In this document: positions 38,623 to 49,131 of the stretch, in pieces
Layout of the letters: each line of letters opens with the position of its first letter
Numbering within the stretch: the stretch's first letter is position 1
Assembly (NCBI GenBank): GCA_041650335.1
Contig: JBAZLK010000001.1
Location: 164,940 to 228,939 of the forward strand
Direction: 5' to 3'
DNA: 64,000 nt
Origin: Patescibacteria group bacterium
Lineage (GTDB): Bacteria; Patescibacteriota; Patescibacteriia; JAHIZJ01
Translations under genes and position numbers: made by a program
The notes under the pieces: model-generated
What the model saw: the letters and a program-made list of their open reading frames with translations, nothing else
What the model was told of the DNA's origin: nothing
Databases searched by the model: none

Positions 38623-40599
38623 ATGTCGATAATGCTGGACCTTAGAAAAACAAAGGGTCAAAAGGATCGAGGTTGGAATAAAATCAGCTTCAATAAGACA
38701 CTGTGGGTTGTGGCGATCGTCACGATGTTTTTTTGGTTATGTTATAAGTTGGGAGACCTTTATTCCAACGGCCTGTTTTGGCAAAACTGGTATTATCTGC
38801 TGGCGGCGATTCCGGTTGTCTGTCTAGTAATTTTGCATTGGCGACGAGACAAATCACTGAAGCTGTGCGCCGATAAATTTGAAAGGGATTACGACGAAAA
38901 GAGCCACGAGGTATCCAAAGAGGCACGGCGGAAAAACGTATTTCTGAGCAAACACCCAGTACTCAACCGCCTGCCGGTTATCGGTCCGGTCGCGCGCTGG
39001 GCCTATGTCAATGGAGCGACGTTCGTTATCGCCGTCATTCTCATCGGCTTGAACGCCTGGTTTATCCGGATTAATAATCTCGGCGTCTTGCCAATACAAA
39101 ACGATGAATTTCTGAGTTATGGCGCCATCAAGTATATTGTCGACGGCAACCTGTCTTTCAAAGATATGCAATACGGCGCCGACAGCAATTTAAGCGATGA
39201 TTTTTACAGCCGCGCCTTGCCGTATTCCCTTGGCGCCGCCTGGACTGTTGACGTGCTCGGCGGTGATTATATGAATTACTTTAATCTGCGGCTGTTTTCG
39301 GTGATCTGCGGCTTGCTAACCTTGGTCGTATTTTATTTTTTGATGCGAAGACATTTCACGAAAACCACCGTGCTGTTCTCTCTCTTTGGCCTGTCCGTTT
39401 TTTATATGTTTGTCTATTATTCGCGGCTGGCGCGGATGTATTCGTTTCATATCCTGTTATTTTTCATAATGGTGTTGGTCCTGGATCGGTTGTTCTTGAA
39501 AATTGAGAAAAATCCGATCGCCCGGCTGCTCAATCCGGGCCAGACGCTTCGGTACTATGCCGTGTTTATCAAAGATAATTATCCGTCGATTCTGATTTTT
39601 ATCGCTGTGCTGATTCTCGATTTGAAAACCCACTATACCGGTATCTTCATCCTGCCGATAATCTATGCATACTCGGTCCTGCTGGTGCGACGACATAAAC
39701 AGCTTGTCTATCCAGTGGTGCTGGTTACCGTCGCAGTAGTTGCGTTTCTCATCTTATTCTTTTCGGGCTTTCACTTTTTAGGGGATTGGTACTTTAATAG
39801 TCGAAAACTGGTTTATTGGAAGTTTTTTGATTACAACTACACCTATCTGAGGGGTGGATATCTCACGTTGCCGCTATTTTTCTTACCGATGATATTCTAT
39901 AAAAAAATCCCCTCGTTGGTAAAAATGTCGTACGCCGCCTTTTTTTCCGTGTTGCCGATGTACCTATTCTTATTTAACGGCAGCATGTTTAGCGATCCAC
40001 GATACATGATGTTTTTATACCCCTTCTACATCATGACCGTTATTTATGCCTTGTATCTGATTTCTTTGTATATTTCTCGCGCCATAAAAAGAGGCAGAAA
40101 ATATTTGTTTATCGGTGTGTTTGCCCTTTTATTCCTCGCGGCGGCGTTTCCATTGCAGATTGCCGGGGTCTGCGGCGCGAGCGTTATCCATACGTGTCCG
40201 ATCAGCGATCACAGCAGAATATTCTCCCTTGATCGCTGGAATTACAACCATGACGAATACTTTAAAATAATAAAAGATTCTAGTAATCCTGATACAATCA
40301 TCGCCGGAAGAACGATCTATGACTTTTATATCGAAAAGTACCAGATAGAAAATCAACTGTTCCGACTCGCTCTGGTGAAAAAATTCATCGACAGCTCGGT
40401 GCAATATACCGTTCCGGAGCTGGCGACAAAAGACGTCATTCTCATTGTCTATCCGAAATTAAGCTATTCGCAACCAGCCACTGATCCGTTTTCGGATGTC
40501 TACCGGTATTTAGTTGAGGAGCGTACCGGTAAAAAAACATTGTACAAATCGGCCGACGGCAAGGTGATTGTTTATAAATTTGATAAACTGTACCAATAG
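38623..40599 (+). CDS. GT-C (PMT/ArnT-like) membrane glycosyltransferase
   Basis: IQNDEF acidic motif, LRLFSVICG, YSRLARMYS, many TMs. Start uncertain (ORF open from 38575). Confidence 0.75.
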   Translation: MSIMLDLRKTKGQKDRGWNKISFNKTLWVVAIVTMFFWLCYKLGDLYSNGLFWQNWYYLLAAIPVVCLVILHWRRDKSLKLCADKFERDYDEKSHEVSKEARRKNVFLSKHPVLNRLPVIGPVARWAYVNGATFVIAVILIGLNAWFIRINNLGVLPIQNDEFLSYGAIKYIVDGNLSFKDMQYGADSNLSDDFYSRALPYSLGAAWTVDVLGGDYMNYFNLRLFSVICGLLTLVVFYFLMRRHFTKTTVLFSLFGLSVFYMFVYYSRLARMYSFHILLFFIMVLVLDRLFLKIEKNPIARLLNPGQTLRYYAVFIKDNYPSILIFIAVLILDLKTHYTGIFILPIIYAYSVLLVRRHKQLVYPVVLVTVAVVAFLILFFSGFHFLGDWYFNSRKLVYWKFFDYNYTYLRGGYLTLPLFFLPMIFYKKIPSLVKMSYAAFFSVLPMYLFLFNGSMFSDPRYMMFLYPFYIMTVIYALYLISLYISRAIKRGRKYLFIGVFALLFLAAAFPLQIAGVCGASVIHTCPISDHSRIFSLDRWNYNHDEYFKIIKDSSNPDTIIAGRTIYDFYIEKYQIENQLFRLALVKKFIDSSVQYTVPELATKDVILIVYPKLSYSQPATDPFSDVYRYLVEERTGKKTLYKSADGKVIVYKFDKLYQ

Positions 40600-40600
40600 G

Positions 40601-41890
40601 GTGTTCACGAAGCTGTCCAAACAACTCGCGAGCGGAAAGGTGTTGGCGCGCTTTTCATTGCTGAAGGCCTCGGGCCAGGTGTTTGAGATGCTCATCCCGT
40701 TCGGCTTGGCGGTGGTTATCGCGCCCGATATATTCGGCATCTACTCCTTGGGTAAAATGGTAGTTTTTTTATTTGCGAGTTTGTTTGTCTTTTCGTCCCT
40801 GACGCCCTTTGTCGTGTTTTCCAATCAAGAGGCGCAGCAAACCGGTAAGATCAATAATTCTTTTTCCGTTCAGGTAGTGCTCGTCGCTCTGTCAGCCGGT
40901 CTATTTCTTCTGATCACGTTGCTAGGCGGTACGTATATTAAAACCTTCACCGAGCTTAATAGCAGCGAGCTTATTTTTCTAGTCCTGGCCTATTTCGGAA
41001 TCACCATTCGGTTTTTCCTGGAGAACGTATTTTTAGCACTTAATCAAAAGACAAAAAACGCGGCGGTGGATTTTTTTTACGGACTCGTCAGCGTCGTGAC
41101 CATTGTCATTCTGTATCGCTTTCATGTCTTGAGTGTAGCCACCTTGTTTTTGACGTATTTTATCGCCTCGCTGGTGGTACTCGCCATCTACATCCGCTTC
41201 ATAGATTTCAGCCTGCTCCGGCCATTTCACATTGAGCGCGCGCATTTCAAGAAAATGTTTAATTTCGCCAAATGGAATATTGTCGGTTCGACCGCCGTCT
41301 ATCTGACAAACTGGGGAGACAATTTCGTTTTGCGCCTGTTCGTCTCCGTTGACCAGATCGGAATCTACAACCTTGGCTATCAGACCTTCAAGGGTTTAAC
41401 TGGATTGTATTTTATCCTCAACTCCTATTTCTTACCGTCTATCAGTAAGACGATCGAGGATGTCAAAGCGGTGCAGAATTACGTCTTTACTAAAAGACCA
41501 AAGATATTTTTATTGGTCCTGGTTTTTATTGTCGGATTTTATCTTTTATTGCCGACAATATTTCACGCCATCTATTCCGCGAGTTACGACGGCGCAATAA
41601 TCGTCCTGAAAATTCTGTTAATCGGCAGCGTCCTTGAACTCTACAATGTCTTTTACATTCCGATTTTGAACGCCAGCCGGAAGTATAAATTCACCCAAAC
41701 GACGAACATCGTCCAGGTTCTGATAAATCTCGGCTTGGATTTTCTGTTGATTCCGGCGCTCGGGATTACCGGCGCGGCCGTTGCCACGGTCACGGCGTAT
41801 CTGGCGCGAAATCTGATCTACGAGATATACGTGTATCGAAAATTTAAGGATTTTTCCTTTATCAGCCGATGGTTTGTCCGGCGGAGCTAG
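40601..41890 (+). CDS. Wzx-type polysaccharide flippase
   Basis: FGIYSLG, WGDNFVL, IGIYNLG, LIPALGITGAAVAT. GTG start proposed right after the upstream stop. Confidence 0.85.
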   Translation: MFTKLSKQLASGKVLARFSLLKASGQVFEMLIPFGLAVVIAPDIFGIYSLGKMVVFLFASLFVFSSLTPFVVFSNQEAQQTGKINNSFSVQVVLVALSAGLFLLITLLGGTYIKTFTELNSSELIFLVLAYFGITIRFFLENVFLALNQKTKNAAVDFFYGLVSVVTIVILYRFHVLSVATLFLTYFIASLVVLAIYIRFIDFSLLRPFHIERAHFKKMFNFAKWNIVGSTAVYLTNWGDNFVLRLFVSVDQIGIYNLGYQTFKGLTGLYFILNSYFLPSISKTIEDVKAVQNYVFTKRPKIFLLVLVFIVGFYLLLPTIFHAIYSASYDGAIIVLKILLIGSVLELYNVFYIPILNASRKYKFTQTTNIVQVLINLGLDFLLIPALGITGAAVATVTAYLARNLIYEIYVYRKFKDFSFISRWFVRRS

Positions 41891-42564
41891 TCTTTTCGCG
41901 CCACCGCCAGCATTGTTTTATTTAGCCCGATGCGTTTGTCGAATCGCATAATCAGTCGCCAGTAGTACCGCGAGCCGGGCAGGGAAGACATGATACTGAA
42001 CGGGAACACCCCGATTTTTTTTGGGTTGAAACCTGACTCACGCAGGAGTGTCGACATCCTCTTTTTATCAAATGATTGCAGGTGCCCAACGCGATGAAAA
42101 TGATGTCCGCAATTCGGACAGGTAATTGAGTTCTTTTCCAGCAGCTCATCGAAGGGGACGGTGACAATAAGGTGCCCGCCCGGTCGGAGCACCCGGAACG
42201 TCTCCTTTAATCCGGCGCGGAGCTGCTCGGTCGTCAGGTGTTCCAGCACCTCGGTACAAATTGCGGTCATAAAGCTCGCCTCCGGGAATCTCAGATCGGT
42301 TATCAATCCTTCCTGGACCAGATCGGTCTTCGGACAGAGATCAATGCCGATTGCATCGCGGTGCCCGTTACGGCGCAATAAGGCGACCATTGCCCCAGTG
42401 CCGGCACCAACGTCAATAATCGGATCGACCAGGTATTTTTTATTCATAGCGGTAATCAGTTTGGAGACCGTATCACCAAAATAGGTGAAACCGCAGCTTT
42501 TATCGATGAATTTTTGCTTCGAACACTCTTCTAGTTTTTTTTGGTAATCTTCGTTGGCGTGCAT
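41887..42564 (-). CDS. Class I SAM-dependent methyltransferase
   Basis: IIDVGAGTG, CTEVLEH, RVLRPGG, CPNC knuckle. Confidence 0.9.
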   Translation of the reverse strand: MHANEDYQKKLEECSKQKFIDKSCGFTYFGDTVSKLITAMNKKYLVDPIIDVGAGTGAMVALLRRNGHRDAIGIDLCPKTDLVQEGLITDLRFPEASFMTAICTEVLEHLTTEQLRAGLKETFRVLRPGGHLIVTVPFDELLEKNSITCPNCGHHFHRVGHLQSFDKKRMSTLLRESGFNPKKIGVFPFSIMSSLPGSRYYWRLIMRFDKRIGLNKTMLAVARKD

Positions 42565-42571
42565 TTTTGGA

Positions 42572-43918
42572 TTATTTTAATTTAGATATAGTGTAATGGT
42601 ATTTTCCGCTGGCGGCCGACTCAATATTGGTGACGCGTTCGAATTTGACGCGGCAATCCGCTCCCATGACCGTGCGAATCGAGGCAACAATGTCGTCCTG
42701 GTATCGCGCGAAGCCAGCCCCGTCGCTGATCACGACCTTGACGACAACCAGGTCGTAATCCTCCTGGATCACCTGAAATTTGGAGATGTAGTTTTTATTA
42801 AAAACGACACCGATAAAATGGATGAAGAATTCGCCTGGGACAATGCGTCCGGAACGCGTCCGGAAGACGTTCATCTCGCGACCCTCGACGCGCCGTAAGA
42901 GCGGCAGGCCGCGCCCGCAGGAGCAGTGCTGGTTCTTTGACCACGCGCCCAGGTCACCAATCTTATAGCGGATCAAGGGCATGACATAATTGGTCAACGT
43001 GGTGATATAAATACCACCGAGTTCTTCCGGCGGGCAGGGTTCGAGGCGATCATTCAATATCTCGATATACGAGGTAAAAATATTTATATGCAGACCCTCG
43101 TCCTTTTCGCACGAGCAGGCAACGCCGCCGACCTCTCGAGAACCGTAACGATTATAAACCTTGGCCTTGAAAACGCGCTCGATCACCTCCTTTAATGGGG
43201 GATACAGCGTGCCGGCCGATACAATGATGCCGTTCGGTGAGAAAATGGGCAAATGATTGGTTTCGATGAATTTTGCCAGCTCGTACAGGGACTGAACGTA
43301 TGCTTCGATCACCTTCGGTTTTTCACGGTTGATAACGCTCACATAGTGACGCATTGTGTCCGGGGTCATGCGAAACGCATTTAAGGTGGTGGTGTTTAGA
43401 ATGTACCGGCTGATCCAGCCCCGGGCGCCTTTGCTGCCCGTCAGGATCTCTTTTTCCGAGCCCCACAGCTTCACAAGCTTCTCGCCCTCGCGCCGGCCGG
43501 CCCACTCGTAAAACAGAAGCGACGATGCGGTCCGGGACTCTTTACTCAGTACGTCCTTGTAAAACATCACCGGTTCGCCGGTCGTGCCGCCGGTCGTGTC
43601 GCGGAAGAATTCCTTTTTAAAAGGGCTGACCTTTATTCGCTCGCGTTCATTGATAATAATATCCTTTGTTAGGACTGGAAATTTCGTCAGCTGGTCGGTA
43701 ATGCCGTCTTCGGTCAACGTGATCGAGCGTTCCCGCGCAATCTTTTGATAATACGGAGAATTCTCCACGCTGTATTTCAGCATGGAATAAAGCAAAGAAC
43801 GTTGCCATCCCCGACATTCCTCGAGCGGACGGTATTCATAGGCATGCATCCGTTGCAGTTCCCGAAAACGGCCTTTGGCGACGACCCGCGATGCAAATTG
43901 AGCGAGATACTTCCTCAT
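42572..43918 (-). CDS. CapK / phenylacetate-CoA ligase-like adenylate-forming enzyme
   Basis: TTGGTTGEP, YNRYGSRE, MPLIRYKIGD, VEGR, SGK. Confidence 0.88.
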   Translation of the reverse strand: MRKYLAQFASRVVAKGRFRELQRMHAYEYRPLEECRGWQRSLLYSMLKYSVENSPYYQKIARERSITLTEDGITDQLTKFPVLTKDIIINERERIKVSPFKKEFFRDTTGGTTGEPVMFYKDVLSKESRTASSLLFYEWAGRREGEKLVKLWGSEKEILTGSKGARGWISRYILNTTTLNAFRMTPDTMRHYVSVINREKPKVIEAYVQSLYELAKFIETNHLPIFSPNGIIVSAGTLYPPLKEVIERVFKAKVYNRYGSREVGGVACSCEKDEGLHINIFTSYIEILNDRLEPCPPEELGGIYITTLTNYVMPLIRYKIGDLGAWSKNQHCSCGRGLPLLRRVEGREMNVFRTRSGRIVPGEFFIHFIGVVFNKNYISKFQVIQEDYDLVVVKVVISDGAGFARYQDDIVASIRTVMGADCRVKFERVTNIESAASGKYHYTISKLK

Positions 43919-45039
43919 ATTTTATCAACTAATGACAGAATCGCGTTTTTAAACATTCCGCTGATTTTTTTGATATCATGATTGGCACAGACGTATTTGT
44001 ACATATTGGCGCTTTTTTGCCCCCAGTCCGCTCGATCGGTCAATAGTTTTCCTAGTCGCTCGGTCAAGGCGATCTCTTCGCCGGCGCAGGCGTACCCGCA
44101 ATTATATTTTACGATGAAGTTGTCCGGGTCAACTTTCCACGACACGATCGGGGTATGGCCGAGCCCGGCCTGGATAAAAGTATTTGGGTAACCCTCAGAA
44201 TCGGAGGTGTTTACGAACACGGTGGCGGCGTCGAAGTATTTTTGGATTTCGCTGAAGGGTACTTGATTAATAAACTTCAAGTTGGGCAGCGACTGCGCTT
44301 CTTTTTTTATATTTTCCCATAATTTTTTCTCAGTATCAACAAGCGGCGTGATCATGACAAATTGATATTGCGGGAAGGTTTTTACCAGCCTGAGGAAGCG
44401 ATCAGGATTTTTTTCCCGAATACAGCGCCCTACCCAAAGGACGTGGTTTTTTCCGGCCGGAGTAGCCGCGTCAGAAAGATAAAAACCGTTTTTTAATACC
44501 AAGGCCCTGATAGAGAAATTATCGGCCAGCAGCCTTTGGTGCGTGACGTTTTGGGTGATCACCCCGTCGGCTCGCGTCAGCCCATACCGGTAGATCTTGC
44601 CCAGCCAACCGTTGTCGGAAACAAACTCGCCAGTGACCTCTTTTTGATTAGCTGTCCGGTGGATGTGTTTTTTCCGAAACAATTTGCAAAAAAATGTGAC
44701 GAGTCCGACCGTGCTGTTGGCTGATGACGTAACGTAGACATCGGCGTTTATCTTTCTGAAAAGAAGAAGGTATTTGAAGGCCTGACCGACTTTTGTGAGC
44801 GGGGAGTCACCGTTTTTTGGAGTCAGCGAACGATAAATCGAGACGCCGAGTTTTTGCTCGCGGGGCGGCTGGCCAAAGTCGCCGACTACAAATGAGACTG
44901 TAAATGCACGGTCTGCCGCCAGTTCTTTGGCTAGGAAAAATAATTGGATTTCAGAACCGCCGTGGACAGTGGCAGAGCCGCTGAACAGGGGATAGGCGTA
45001 CGATTGAATAAAACAGACGTGTGTTTTAGTCATTGACAT
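43915..45039 (-). CDS. GT4 glycosyltransferase
   Basis: GGSEIQ, LWVGR, EGYPNTFIQA. Confidence 0.9.
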   Translation of the reverse strand: MSMTKTHVCFIQSYAYPLFSGSATVHGGSEIQLFFLAKELAADRAFTVSFVVGDFGQPPREQKLGVSIYRSLTPKNGDSPLTKVGQAFKYLLLFRKINADVYVTSSANSTVGLVTFFCKLFRKKHIHRTANQKEVTGEFVSDNGWLGKIYRYGLTRADGVITQNVTHQRLLADNFSIRALVLKNGFYLSDAATPAGKNHVLWVGRCIREKNPDRFLRLVKTFPQYQFVMITPLVDTEKKLWENIKKEAQSLPNLKFINQVPFSEIQKYFDAATVFVNTSDSEGYPNTFIQAGLGHTPIVSWKVDPDNFIVKYNCGYACAGEEIALTERLGKLLTDRADWGQKSANMYKYVCANHDIKKISGMFKNAILSLVDKI

Positions 45040-46129
45040 GAAGTAAAGTGAATAGCCGCGTCACGACGTTGTTAATGTCATGGTTTTTTTCCGCGTAATG
45101 GTGGGCGTTGGCTGAAAGGGTGGTATACAGAGAATTGTCCGAAAAGAGCTTCTGCAAATTATCATTCAGTGTTTGCAGGTCGCCGTTGGCGACATAGCCG
45201 CATTGGTAGGAAGTGATGAAGCCTTCCGGGTCGACATTTTTGCTCAGTATCGGCGTCCAATTTTTAGCCGCCTGAACAAACGTCTGCGGAAAACCTTCAT
45301 AGTCAGAGGTGTTCACCAGGACCCGCGCATCTCGATAGTACTGTTCAATGACATTGAAACTGACAAATTCCAACAGCTGCACGTTCGCCGTTTTTCTGGC
45401 GAGAGCCTTTATTTGTTCGTTATGCGTTTCATCTTTGCCGGGCGGGCAAATCAGAATAAAGCGGCGGGCGGGATTACGCCGGGCCAACTCGATGAATTCC
45501 TCGGCGTGTTTCATGGGATCGCGCCGGCCGACCCAGAGGACGGTATCGTTTTTGTGCGGTTGGTCCGGGCGAATTTCATAGCCACTATATAAAATTTCGC
45601 TTGACAAACGGTATTTGGTCGACAAACGCTCTTGTTGGAATCGGTTTTGGGCAATGAGCAGGTGGGCATATTTCAGCAGGCGAAAATATGGACAGGGCCT
45701 GTTACTTCGCTGATAGCGGCCGTCACTCTCCACGTCGCTGGCCAGCATATAGACGAATTTGATCTTCTTCATTTTACAATACAAAGCCAGCAGACAGGAA
45801 AACGGGCTCAGGCCGCGCTGGAGGATAATATCCGGCTTCATCGCGGTAATTTTTTGGTGGAAACGAATGAGTTTTTTTATCACCGAATCGTTTTCTGAAA
45901 ATGTCTTCACAAGCCGGAACTCAGCGTGGTCGGGAAAATCAATAGTGGGGTAGTCGGCGATAAAAGAATAGATGCATACGTTCGGAACATGCCACAACGC
46001 TTTGGCCAGCAAATAGGGTTGGACGGTGGCTCCGCCAAACGGCCTCTTTGAGTTGATATTGAAGATCGCCTCGGAGTCTTTGGGAAAGACGATGGCGATT
46101 TTTGTGACATTGTTACCGGGCGTGTTCAT
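45026..46129 (-). CDS. GT4 glycosyltransferase
   Basis: GGATVQ, LWVGR, EGFPQTFVQA. Confidence 0.9.
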   Translation of the reverse strand: MNTPGNNVTKIAIVFPKDSEAIFNINSKRPFGGATVQPYLLAKALWHVPNVCIYSFIADYPTIDFPDHAEFRLVKTFSENDSVIKKLIRFHQKITAMKPDIILQRGLSPFSCLLALYCKMKKIKFVYMLASDVESDGRYQRSNRPCPYFRLLKYAHLLIAQNRFQQERLSTKYRLSSEILYSGYEIRPDQPHKNDTVLWVGRRDPMKHAEEFIELARRNPARRFILICPPGKDETHNEQIKALARKTANVQLLEFVSFNVIEQYYRDARVLVNTSDYEGFPQTFVQAAKNWTPILSKNVDPEGFITSYQCGYVANGDLQTLNDNLQKLFSDNSLYTTLSANAHHYAEKNHDINNVVTRLFTLLHVND

Positions 46130-47268
46130 CGTGCTTCTATTAGACGAAGGTATCTTTTTATGATGGTGTCCCAGGTGTATCGTTCGAGGAAGCGTCGACG
46201 CGCCGCCTGCGAGAAGGTATCGCGCAAATTCTGATCGGTCATCAACTGGGATAGTTTTTGCACCACCTCGGAAAAATTTTCGGGGTTCACGTGGATGCCT
46301 GTGTCAGCGGAAACAGTCTCTTGTATCGCTGCCTGATTTGAGGCCAGGATGGCGCAGCCAGCGCTCATTGCTTCCACTAGCACGATGCCCTGGCTTTCCG
46401 TCTGAGACAGGAGCGCGAAAATTTTTGCCCGATTGTACAAATCAATCAGCCGATCGTCAGAATTATCAAGCCAGCCGGTAAAAATGATGTTCTCGTGGTT
46501 CGCGGCCAGGCTCTCCAGGGTTTTTCGGTATGGTCCGTCGCCGACCAGATAAAGTTTCCAATCGTTCCGGCCAGCACTGATAAAGGCCGGAATTAAATAT
46601 TGGAAGCCCTTCATTGGCTGCATCCGACCGACCGAGAGAATAATATTTTCTTTTTCCAGGCCCGGTTTTGAGAGCGAATGGGAACCGTTCGGGATGACGA
46701 CAATCTTATCGTTCGAACGTCCGCTCAGGATATTTTTTTCGATCAGTTTTTTTAACGAACCCGATGGCACGGTTACGAACCGTGATCGGCGTATGATCGC
46801 CTTGATCACTGGTGCCGTGAAACGGTGGAGCAGGGTAAACCGATCGGGATTGTGCCCGGGCACATCACTCCCGTGGCTGGTCACGATATACGGCAGTTTT
46901 GATCGCCGGGAAAAAATGTAGGCGAGTATGCCGGTCGGGACGAGAAAGTGACAATGACAATGCGAATACGTATTTTTTTTCAGCAAGGCTTGAATCGCAA
47001 AAAAGGCAGCGATGAGATACCTCAACTGTTCGGGAAACGTGCTGAGCTCTTTTTTCTTCCGCCCGCTTTTGACGCGATGGATATTGATGCCGTCTTTCCG
47101 TTCAAACGATGGCAAACCGGCATACCCCATCGTAACAACGTCGACGTGATAGCCGGCGTCGACGTATCCTTTGGTTATCGCATATGAGATGGGCGACGCA
47201 CCGCCGCCGAGAGGCGGGAACTCGTAATTCAACACCAAGATGCTGCGCCCGGACGGAGAATCGATCAT
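46126..47268 (-). CDS. GT4 glycosyltransferase
   Basis: YEFPPLGGGA, SHGSDVPG, GRMQPMKG, ESQGIVLVEAM. Confidence 0.92.
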   Translation of the reverse strand: MIDSPSGRSILVLNYEFPPLGGGASPISYAITKGYVDAGYHVDVVTMGYAGLPSFERKDGINIHRVKSGRKKKELSTFPEQLRYLIAAFFAIQALLKKNTYSHCHCHFLVPTGILAYIFSRRSKLPYIVTSHGSDVPGHNPDRFTLLHRFTAPVIKAIIRRSRFVTVPSGSLKKLIEKNILSGRSNDKIVVIPNGSHSLSKPGLEKENIILSVGRMQPMKGFQYLIPAFISAGRNDWKLYLVGDGPYRKTLESLAANHENIIFTGWLDNSDDRLIDLYNRAKIFALLSQTESQGIVLVEAMSAGCAILASNQAAIQETVSADTGIHVNPENFSEVVQKLSQLMTDQNLRDTFSQAARRRFLERYTWDTIIKRYLRLIEAR

Positions 47269-48224
47269 TATGAATTGTCGGTAATATCCCGGATCGTATA
47301 GACGCTGCGTTTGCCGTTGTAATATGTTTTGATGGCAATGTCGCCAAGGAGGCCGGAGATAAATAACTGGATGCCGGCGAGAATTAAAAACACTGAGACG
47401 AGCGGCCAGATACTGTTTTGGAGGCTGAGGAGTTTAAATATCCGCATGATGGCCAAGTAGAGGCCGAGGAGGAGGCCCGCTCCGCCCAGCAACACGCCAA
47501 AACCGCCGAAAAGATGGAGCGGCCGGCTGGAGTATTTTCGCCAGAACCAGACGCTGATCATGTCAACGAAACCCTTTACCATTCTCTTCCAGTTGTATTT
47601 TGTCCGGCCGGTAGTCCGTTGGCGGTGGTTTACGTCCAATTCACCGATTTTGAAACCCTTCCAAGCAAGCATCGCTGGAATGAAACGGTGGATTTCGCCA
47701 AACAGATCGAGCTCATCGAAACACTCGCGACGGTAGACTTTCAGCGTACAGCCGGAGTCGCGTATATGGTCGGCCACAAAAAATTTTCGCAAGACATTGG
47801 CGCCGCGTGATATAAACCTTTTCGAAAATGTGTCTTTACGGTTTTTCCGCCAGCCAGAAACGATATCATAACCTTCATCAAGTTTTTCGAGCAATCTGGG
47901 GATGTCAGCCGGATCGTTCTGGCCATCGCCATCCAGGGTAATAAAAATCTTCCCCTGGGCATGTTTGAAGCCGGCATCGAGCGCGGCGGTTTGGCCGAAG
48001 TTTTTCCGGAAGCGGATGATTTTGATAGGGGAGAGCGCTGACAGTCGTTCAAATGTTCGGTCCGTGCTCCCGTCGTCGACAAAAATTACTTCATAGGGTT
48101 GACCGAGTCGATCCATAACAACTTTGATCTCGCGGTAGAGCGGAACGACCGCGTCTTCTTCATTGTACGCCGGGATGATGATGGAGTGCGCCACCGGCAA
48201 TTTATTCTCGGTTGTTTGATTCAT
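47268..48224 (-). CDS. GT2 undecaprenyl-phosphate glycosyltransferase (ArnC/DPM1-like)
   Basis: IIPAYNEE, VDDGSTD, RKNFGQTAA, LDGDGQNDP, HRFIP, C-terminal TMs. Confidence 0.92.
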   Translation of the reverse strand: MNQTTENKLPVAHSIIIPAYNEEDAVVPLYREIKVVMDRLGQPYEVIFVDDGSTDRTFERLSALSPIKIIRFRKNFGQTAALDAGFKHAQGKIFITLDGDGQNDPADIPRLLEKLDEGYDIVSGWRKNRKDTFSKRFISRGANVLRKFFVADHIRDSGCTLKVYRRECFDELDLFGEIHRFIPAMLAWKGFKIGELDVNHRQRTTGRTKYNWKRMVKGFVDMISVWFWRKYSSRPLHLFGGFGVLLGGAGLLLGLYLAIMRIFKLLSLQNSIWPLVSVFLILAGIQLFISGLLGDIAIKTYYNGKRSVYTIRDITDNS

Positions 48225-49131
48225 GGGCGTGTTCTTGATACCAAGCGATCGTTTTTTTCATGCCCTCGGCAAAGCTTGTTTTCGGTTGCCAATCGAGCAA
48301 TTCCCGTGCCTTGGAATTATCAGCCAGCGTATCGTGCGGCTCAACACGGGCGGGAATATGCGTCGTTTCGCCGCCGACTATTTCCGCAACTTCATTAACG
48401 CTGTGATTATCACCGTTGCCGATATTTATTACCTCGCCGTGGCCGACCTTTTCGCTTGTCATGGCAAGGATATTGGCTCGAACGATGTCGCCGATAAAAG
48501 TGAAATCCCGCGTTTGGGTGCCGTCGCCCGTTATGGTCAGCGGCTCGTGATTCATCTTTTGCCGGTTAAAGATGGCGATGACCGTTACATAGGCGCCTTC
48601 GGATGCCATCCGCGGTCCGTAGACATTGAAATATCTGAGTGAGACCGTTTCAATGTTCCAGAATAAATTTGCCAGCTTCGCGTATTCCTCGCCGACATAC
48701 TTCTGAAGTCCGTACGGACTTTTTGGATTCGGTTTCATTTCTTCCTGCAGGGGGAGCGAGACAGGGTCGCCATAGGCTGATGATGACGCCGAATACACTA
48801 ATCGCTTTACGCCAGCGTCACGCGCCGCCAGCAGGACATTCAAGGTGCCGGTGATATTTATATCATTCGTCTCCGTCGGATTCACGATCGAGACCTGGAC
48901 GCGGGGCAGGGCAGCGAGATGAAAGACCCCATCGAAGCCCGTAAACAACGGCTTGATTTCTTCGAGCTGGCGGATATCCGCCTTGATAAATTCCGCCTTC
49001 GGATGGAGATTTTCTTTCTTGCCGGTCGAAAGGTTATCAATAATTCTGACCGTGTCGCCGCGTTCGATCAACGCTGCTACCACATGGGAACCGATAAATC
49101 CAGCTCCGCCTGTAACAAGGTACTTTGGCAT
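48202..49131 (-). CDS. NAD-dependent nucleotide-sugar 4-epimerase (WbpP/GalE-like)
   Basis: [25 protein letters not shown] (YxxxK), LRYFNVYGP, GDGTQTRDF. Confidence 0.9.
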   Translation of the reverse strand: MPKYLVTGGAGFIGSHVVAALIERGDTVRIIDNLSTGKKENLHPKAEFIKADIRQLEEIKPLFTGFDGVFHLAALPRVQVSIVNPTETNDINITGTLNVLLAARDAGVKRLVYSASSSAYGDPVSLPLQEEMKPNPKSPYGLQKYVGEEYAKLANLFWNIETVSLRYFNVYGPRMASEGAYVTVIAIFNRQKMNHEPLTITGDGTQTRDFTFIGDIVRANILAMTSEKVGHGEVINIGNGDNHSVNEVAEIVGGETTHIPARVEPHDTLADNSKARELLDWQPKTSFAEGMKKTIAWYQEHAHESNNRE

